Source: Nemertoderma westbladi
Taxonomy: Eukaryota; Animalia; Xenacoelomorpha
Length of the DNA: 55,616 nt
Assembly: GCA_032718475.1 (NCBI GenBank)
Contig: JAUCBJ010008119.1
Location: forward strand, 1-55,616
Reading direction: 5' to 3'
In this document: piece after piece, positions 49,857 through 55,616 of the stretch
Layout of the letters: each line of letters opens with the position of its first letter
How positions within the stretch are numbered: the stretch's first letter is position 1
Notes under the pieces: generated by a model
Told to the model about the DNA's origin: nothing
Databases searched by the model: none
The model's input: the letters and a program-made list of their open reading frames with translations, nothing else
Position numbers and translations under genes: made by a program

Positions 49857-51127
49857 GGCGAGAATTGGGATGGACGGTGGGATCGCCGAAACAGTCGACG
49901 TCGGGGTTGCAAGCGATGCCCATACCAGCGGGCGCCGAGGGCGACCAACCGCCAAGGAAGTTAAGGGAGCTAGAGGGATGGAGAGCTACGGGCGAGAGCC
50001 AAGGCGGGAAGGGACATAGTGGATCCATCGGGATACCGGGGTTGGAGACACTGCCAGAAGAGGAGGACGACGACGACGAGTTCGGAGAGATGCCGCCCAT
50101 CGAGAGGATAGGCCACTCGGACACGGAGTGGGTTGGCGGAAGGGTGGTGATGGCCAGTGGGGCGAGGGCCTTCTGGAACAGATCCGGCAAGCGGACCTGG
50201 ATGCACGAGGAGCCGGCGATGGATTTCGCGGGGAGCACTATCAGGTTGGGCGAGCAACCGGGGACGGCACCACGGATAGTATTCGGGGAGACGATGCCCG
50301 AGAGGGGCGGAGAGATCGACGTAGATAGAGACACCAACGTGGAGAAGTTCGCCTACCAGCGACTCCACAGACCGCGGAGATCGCTTGGGACGAAAGACGA
50401 GGTGGGACGGGAGACATTGATACTCGGCTGCGACTACTGTGGGAGACAGACCCACCAGGAAAGGAGCTGCTTGTAGCGGTTCCAGAAGGGAACCTTTTGT
50501 CTCTACTGCCGAGAGCCAAGCCACAGGATGGGGGCGTGTCCACGGTTGCATAACCGATGTCCAAAGTGCCACTTTCGGGGACACTACGGACGCGAGTGCG
50601 ACTGGATGAACGACGAGGAGAAGTTCACAAGATTCGAGGAGTGGGCCGACGTCGGGGCCATGACGCGCCAGCGCATGAAGGCCCAGGAGTTCAAGTGGGG
50701 TTTCTTCCTTATCAATCAGGAGACTCACATGGAAATCATAAAGCGGTGTCTACCGTTTACCTACCAAGAGGTAGCAACGGCGGCGTCGTACGCCGGAGTG
50801 ATGAACACGCAAAGATATTTGGACAGGTGGACGCCACAGAACCGAAGGGAGTTTAGGGATTTCTTGGCAGAGCACGTACCACAAGCAATGAAGATGATCC
50901 TATGGGACGCCACCAGAGGGAGACAACCGGGCCACTCTGAGGGGCCACCGGCGAAGCGATATCGGGCACTAATAACACCAGCGCCCAAGGAGCCAACGAC
51001 CGGGATCAGCAGGGAGGTGGCGGCGAAGGTCCGAAAGCAGAAAGCGGATCCCAGAGGAACGGTGGTAACCAAGAAACGACCCAGGGAAGAGGACGCCAGG
51101 GGGAACTATCCCCAGAGGAACAGATAG
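49790..51127 (+). pseudogene. Probable continuation of the extra ORF: acidic linker, three CCHC zinc knuckles, basic tail; one frameshift near 49790 and a TAG at 50474-50476
   Basis: ORFs 49865 and 50528 share a frame; CDYCGRQTHQERSC, CLYCREPSHRMGAC and CPKCHFRGHYGREC are all CX2CX4HX4C. Confidence 0.72.
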
Positions 51128-51802
51128 GTTCCCAGAGCCGAGGGAGAGAGACTGAGACTTGGACGTGGTGCGCCTGGAAGGCGCCGCGTGGGACGTACGA
51201 ACTATTAAGTACAAATTTAATTAATGCAAATAATCATATAAGTGCAATTTGTATGTACGTACGTAGTAATTAGTAATCTACAAATATACGTTCGGAGTAA
51301 GTACTATAGTCATACAACCTTTCTCAATTAGCTACTGGGACTGGGGGATAACTGACTATGGCACTATGGACGAGACACCAGACGATTTCACACTTCTTGA
51401 GTGCGACGGCACGAAAGGGGGGGGGGGGGAGATTCGTCGGAAGGGATGAGGTAGTCAAAGTGGGGTTGAGGGACGGAGTAATGGAGCGAAGTGCAGAGGG
51501 AGTGCGGACGCAATTCTAGTGTGTGGGGAGGAGAATAAGAGGCTGAGTAAGGGACAAGGAGGTCCGAGTGTATGAGAGAGTTAGGATGAGAGTGAAGAAG
51601 AGATAGGGCGGAAGTGTTGGGGAAACAAAAGTTGCGTGAGAGGTGAGCGCGATCGGCCCGACATGAGACGCCAGGCACACAGGGTAGCGTTATCATACCC
51701 ATAGGGAGCGGCCTGGAAAGCCGGCTCAGAGAGAAAAGAATTCCACCCCACACCCGATACTAGATCGGGATCCAGCGGGATTGTAGCGCACTTTTTTGGT
51801 TG

Positions 51803-51839
51803 ATGCTATCTTCTTACCGGGAAGATAGCATGGGGGGAG
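51803..51839 (+). promoter_or_regulatory. 11-bp hairpin (ATGCTATCTTC/GAAGATAGCAT) followed by polypurine tract GGGGGGAG
   Basis: Lies immediately before the TG of the 3' LTR. Confidence 0.8.
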
Positions 51840-52388
51840 TGTTAGCTTATTCAATCCCGCTAACACCCCATAAAGTTAAGCCGATAAGCAATATTGGGAG
51901 CCACGAGATTGGGTAATTAACCAACTCGTGCCATCCCAATGAGAATGGGAAGGAGAAGCACACAATGAGGGTCAGGGGCCAAACCCCTAACCCAGAGAGA
52001 ACAGGTGGAGTGAACGGGAACACTCCAAAGGGCGCCAACAAGGGTATCAACCAATCAGAGGGGGGAAAGGCATCGATTAGGTAGAGTAACAAGGCCAACC
52101 GTGCAATATAGCCACTTGGCAGTAATCATATCAATTCAGTTATCTCAGTGCAATATTGGTGCTAGTTTAGGTTAGATAGTTTAGCTAGGGAAGGACCGGG
52201 ACTTTAGTTACCGTATCCCGCCTTCCGTATACAACAACCATATTATCTCATATCTATACCTATATCTATATCTGTATACCCAAATATTATATACGACGAA
52301 CAGCACAAACTCCTTTATCTTTCATACACGGCGGGGACGAGTGAACTAACAAACGGATAAACCGGGATCTCATCTGGATCCCGTCACA
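51840..52388 (+). repeat. 3' LTR (549 bp)
   Basis: Repeat of 41116-41664, followed by the TTAGA duplication. Confidence 0.97.
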
Positions 52389-52807
52389 TTAGATGTTTTA
52401 GTCTCAATTTCGAATGGTTCAATTTGAACTACAGTATACCAAAAACCCTTTCCATTTCTAGCTTTCTAGGTAAGTAAAACAGAGGATTATTTCCCAATAA
52501 TTGTTGATATTGTCCGTTGTGCCTCTATCAACTGACAACTGTTGCAACCCTTCTACCCTACCCACTCATTGTACCCATCTCCCAACCTATTTTTAAGCAG
52601 CTGATGAAATTATATTTATGACGTTTTGTAATGAATGTTTAGTTTAAGAGACAAATGGAGAATCCTCAATAACCTTCTAGGAATTATACCGCCTATAATA
52701 AGCCATGTGGGATAAAACAAATAAGCACAATATACATTAGATCAGTTTGTGAAGCTAATAATTGTATTTTGTATTTAAATCAAAATTAATATTATTTCAT
52801 ATTCATA

Positions 52808-54106
52808 ATGTTGGATGAAACACTTTCTCTTAACCAAACTCCAACAAATAAACCTCATGGATGGAGACTTACTGTGTTGGTTTCTTTACTGATGGTATTC
52901 CAGTTAATACCAGGATGGGCAATGACTCTACTAGAAACATTTTTCCCTATCGTTGTGGAAAAGCGTGACTGGTCTAACACCCTCATTGGTTCCCTGTTTG
53001 CTATTTACCCCCTCGTACAGATTATCCTTTACATTGGTTTTCCACATTCTATCACCAACTGGGGAACGCGAATTTCCTTAGGAATATCCGGCATCATTGG
53101 AACGATCGGCCAGTTACTCTTTGGATTTGTAGAATACATTCCTAACAACGGAGGACACATATTCACATGTTTTTTGCTGCGCCTGATACAAGGAATAGGT
53201 CTCAACATCAGTTACATTTACTCCTACAATTTATTAATGGAATTGATGCCAAACCACAGAAGTTTCTTAGCTGGTATATCAATTGTTCTTTCCGCGGTCA
53301 GCTATGCTATCGCTCCAGTTTTCGGATCAGCCGTTTTTGCTTCAATGGGCTTTGAATATCCATTTATCATATCGAGTTTGATGTTTCTCATTGGTGTTCT
53401 TTACTGCTGGCACGAGGCACCTCCTTACCTTTACGATAGACATGAATCTAATGAGGAAAGACCAACATATCTTGGATTGCTGAAGAACCCAGCAATCACA
53501 ATAATCTATATATTCCACTTCTATATTACAATGATGTTATATTTCACAGTGGCTTATTATGCTTCTTATATTCACAGCTACTATTATGTTAACCAATATA
53601 ATATTGGTTTAGCATATACGATTCAACCAGTGAGCGAGACTTGTATCGCTCTCGTAATAACGGTTTTCATTAAGAAGTTCAATTTCAATACAATATATCT
53701 AACTTTTATTGGTGGAACAATAACATTTGGCACAATGCAACTCGTAGGGCCAACTGAGATATTGGGTATACCTTACTCCTTAAACATTTCTTTAAGCTCC
53801 TTGGCTATATTTGGAGTGGGAGCCGGGTTAATGTCGATTCCTGCATTTGAAACACAAACTCGTCTGGCTGTTAGAGTATGCGGTCACCCCGACAACATTG
53901 ATACCAGGGCTGTTCTTCAACAAGCTCTTAGAATCTCATATTCTGTTGGTTTTTTACTTGGTGCGCTATTTGGTGGAATTCTAATTGACGATTTCGGATT
54001 CCAAATTGCCGCTTCTTTGCTTAGTTTGATCATTCTGCCCTTTTTGTTTGCTCTCATTGCCCTGTGCGCTTGTGGCCGTGTTGGCCCAGTACTTGGGCCA
54101 TCGTAA
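52808..54106 (+). CDS. SLC18B1: MFS transporter, SLC18B1 (vesicular polyamine transporter)-like, intact single-exon ORF of 432 aa
   Basis: About 12 hydrophobic segments; FFPIVVEKRDWSNTLIG, LFGFVEYIP, CFLLR, GFEYPF, LVGP, GAGLMSIPAF, GGILIDDFGFQIAA parallel the recalled SLC18B1 sequence; AATAAA at 54204. Confidence 0.85.
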   Translation: MLDETLSLNQTPTNKPHGWRLTVLVSLLMVFQLIPGWAMTLLETFFPIVVEKRDWSNTLIGSLFAIYPLVQIILYIGFPHSITNWGTRISLGISGIIGTIGQLLFGFVEYIPNNGGHIFTCFLLRLIQGIGLNISYIYSYNLLMELMPNHRSFLAGISIVLSAVSYAIAPVFGSAVFASMGFEYPFIISSLMFLIGVLYCWHEAPPYLYDRHESNEERPTYLGLLKNPAITIIYIFHFYITMMLYFTVAYYASYIHSYYYVNQYNIGLAYTIQPVSETCIALVITVFIKKFNFNTIYLTFIGGTITFGTMQLVGPTEILGIPYSLNISLSSLAIFGVGAGLMSIPAFETQTRLAVRVCGHPDNIDTRAVLQQALRISYSVGFLLGALFGGILIDDFGFQIAASLLSLIILPFLFALIALCACGRVGPVLGPS

Positions 54107-54969
54107 GACAATGATGGTGAGCTTTATTTATGAAGGTTTACCAAATTGATTTAGCTTATAATTTGGTGAAGGACACCCAAATATTTGTTTAAATATGTAA
54201 TTTAATAAACCGGCAACCAGCAACCCATTCTAACCGTTACCTAAACTTTTCGTCCAATCACCACCCAAGAATAAAACAAGGCATTTGCTTCGCTCTATTT
54301 TTTAGGTCAAACAGACTATGTTCAACCACAGTGGCTAGAAACCAAATTCAAAAAGACCTAAATGAAACCTTCCATAATAATAGCTATCCTACTAGGGTTA
54401 TTTATAACACTAAACGCCGAATTAATGCGCGCTTTAGTAACCCTAACCCTAAACAAACACCGAAGGACAAATTAGTATTTAGAAAAGGTCTACCATACAA
54501 TACTGGGTTAACAGAAAACTTAGAAAGAATATGTGCATGTTATAGGGTGGAGACATACTTTATGTCAGGGTGGAAGCTCCATTCCTATTTATTGAAGGGT
54601 CATAAACCCAAGGGGGGTGGTCTATGCGATCCCATGTACATGTGGCAGGGTATACATATCAAAATATCAAAAAAATCAAAATATCATAGCGACATTAGGT
54701 TAATTCAACATGATTCAGACATACGCCACCAGAGGGCTAAGGCTACTGACTTGGCTGACCATCATGTGCAGACAGGCCATGTACCGGGGTTTGACCTCAT
54801 GCAAGACTTAGGCAGGGAAACGCTTAGGACCGTAGGTGCATACTGGAGAGCCTATAAGGCTATTATAGGTGACAGGGCCCTTAACAAACGACAGTCAGTA
54901 GGTAGGCTACCTGAGTGCAGCAACTCTAACAAAGTTTTCGGGGAAGCGAGTATCCTTCAATCAATAGAA

Positions 54970-55000
<31 letters not shown>

Positions 55001-55184
55001 TGTATGTAAGATGTATGTGTAGCGTATATACAGTAGTAGCATATGTTTCTGTTTTTTGGTTACAAAATTTATTCTGTTTTTTGTGCAATTTTCAACAGAT
55101 ATCAAGTCGTCAATTCTGCAATTTATATTAGAATTTGTACTTTATTGACAATGATCGAAATATATTTATAATTACTACCTTTCG

Positions 55185-55616
55185 CACCACGCCTCCCCAA
55201 ACGGTGGGTGACGCTAGTGGTGGACCTGCAATTTGCAATCTTTGGGCCGATAATTATAAATTACTATTTAATTCCAATAACTCTCCTATTGGTAGTGTGT
55301 CAGGAAAGGTCAAATCAGCAACCGCTAATATTGTCTTTAGTTTAGAAATCCTCGTTTCCCCACGTGAAGTCTTAAGTGCCATTTCTCATTTATCATGCAA
55401 TAAGGCATCAGGTCCTGATTTATTATTTTCTGAAAATATATTGTATGCTCCACGTAGATTACATATTTTTATAAGTTTTTTATATTCATGCTATTTTATC
55501 CACGGTTTTTTACCCTTGTCTATTATAGAATCTAATCTTGTGCCTGTAATTAAAGATAGTAGTGGCCTGGTAACTGACCGCACTAACTATCGCCAATAGC
55601 ATTGTCCTCTATCATG
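55185..55616 (+). pseudogene. Fragment of another LINE ORF2 (RTE-X-like), running off the window end
   Basis: ICNLWADNYKLLFNS, KASGPDLL, HGFLP, LVPVIKD, NYR/PIALSS with a 1-nt frameshift at ~55593. Confidence 0.8.

Larger units (their letters stand above)
41116..52388 (+). mobile_element. BEL/Pao-type LTR element, non-autonomous (no RT/RNase H/integrase), carrying an extra exonuclease and zinc-knuckle ORF
   Basis: TG...CA LTRs, TTAGA target duplication at 41111-41115 and 52389-52393, PPT GGGGGGAG, BEL-type gag and protease motifs. Confidence 0.92.
39100..54970 (+). mobile_element. Decayed Penelope-like retroelement (RT plus GIY-YIG), split by three insertions; boundaries approximate
   Basis: VVNLG, IIIRPAEKGNKTVI, PKIHKEGSPLR, SFDVV, MGNPVSP, WFRYVDD, LPFLDV|LV...TTVYQKP|THSNRYLNFSSNHH, GVVYAIPCTCGRVYI, LADHHVQTGH; many frameshifts and stops. 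Confidence 0.92.

Noticed and set aside
41691-51753. Many overlapping alternative-frame and antisense ORFs in the LTR element
   Set aside because: Shadow ORFs of GC- and purine-rich coding sequence with no recognisable motifs
52601-52640. Hammerhead ribozyme core (CTGATGA), expected near Penelope elements
   Set aside because: No suitably placed GAAA or flanking stems seen, and it lies in the MFS insert; an Infernal search would be needed

Overview
Repeat-rich animal (probably invertebrate) genomic DNA. The only clear resident host gene is four internal + strand exons of a SEL1L3-like gene (35278-37834). The rest is probably intronic and consists of two nested transposon stacks. (1) A 51/39-bp minisatellite (1-6234, 23229-~35160) is split mid-unit by an apparently full-length minus-strand APE-RT LINE (RTE-X-like), whose ORF1 carries a Ulp1/C48 SUMO-protease domain. 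That LINE's ORF2 is itself interrupted (AGCGAT duplication) by a 5'-truncated CR1-group (Crack/L2-like) LINE with an intact ORF2 and a 2.3-kb satellite between its ORFs. (2) A decayed Penelope element (~39100-54970) is interrupted by (a) an 11.3-kb BEL/Pao-type LTR element with apparently identical 549-bp LTRs and a TTAGA target duplication, which retains gag-protease, lacks RT/RNase H/integrase and instead carries a DEDDy-like 3'-5' exonuclease plus three CCHC knuckles, and (b) a 1.77-kb insert with an intact single-exon SLC18B1-like MFS transporter ORF, placed between the Penelope codons KP and THS. The best novelty candidates are the exonuclease-carrying pol-less BEL element, the Ulp1-carrying LINE, and the transporter copy inside Penelope. 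All calls come from reading motifs by eye; no database searches were run.
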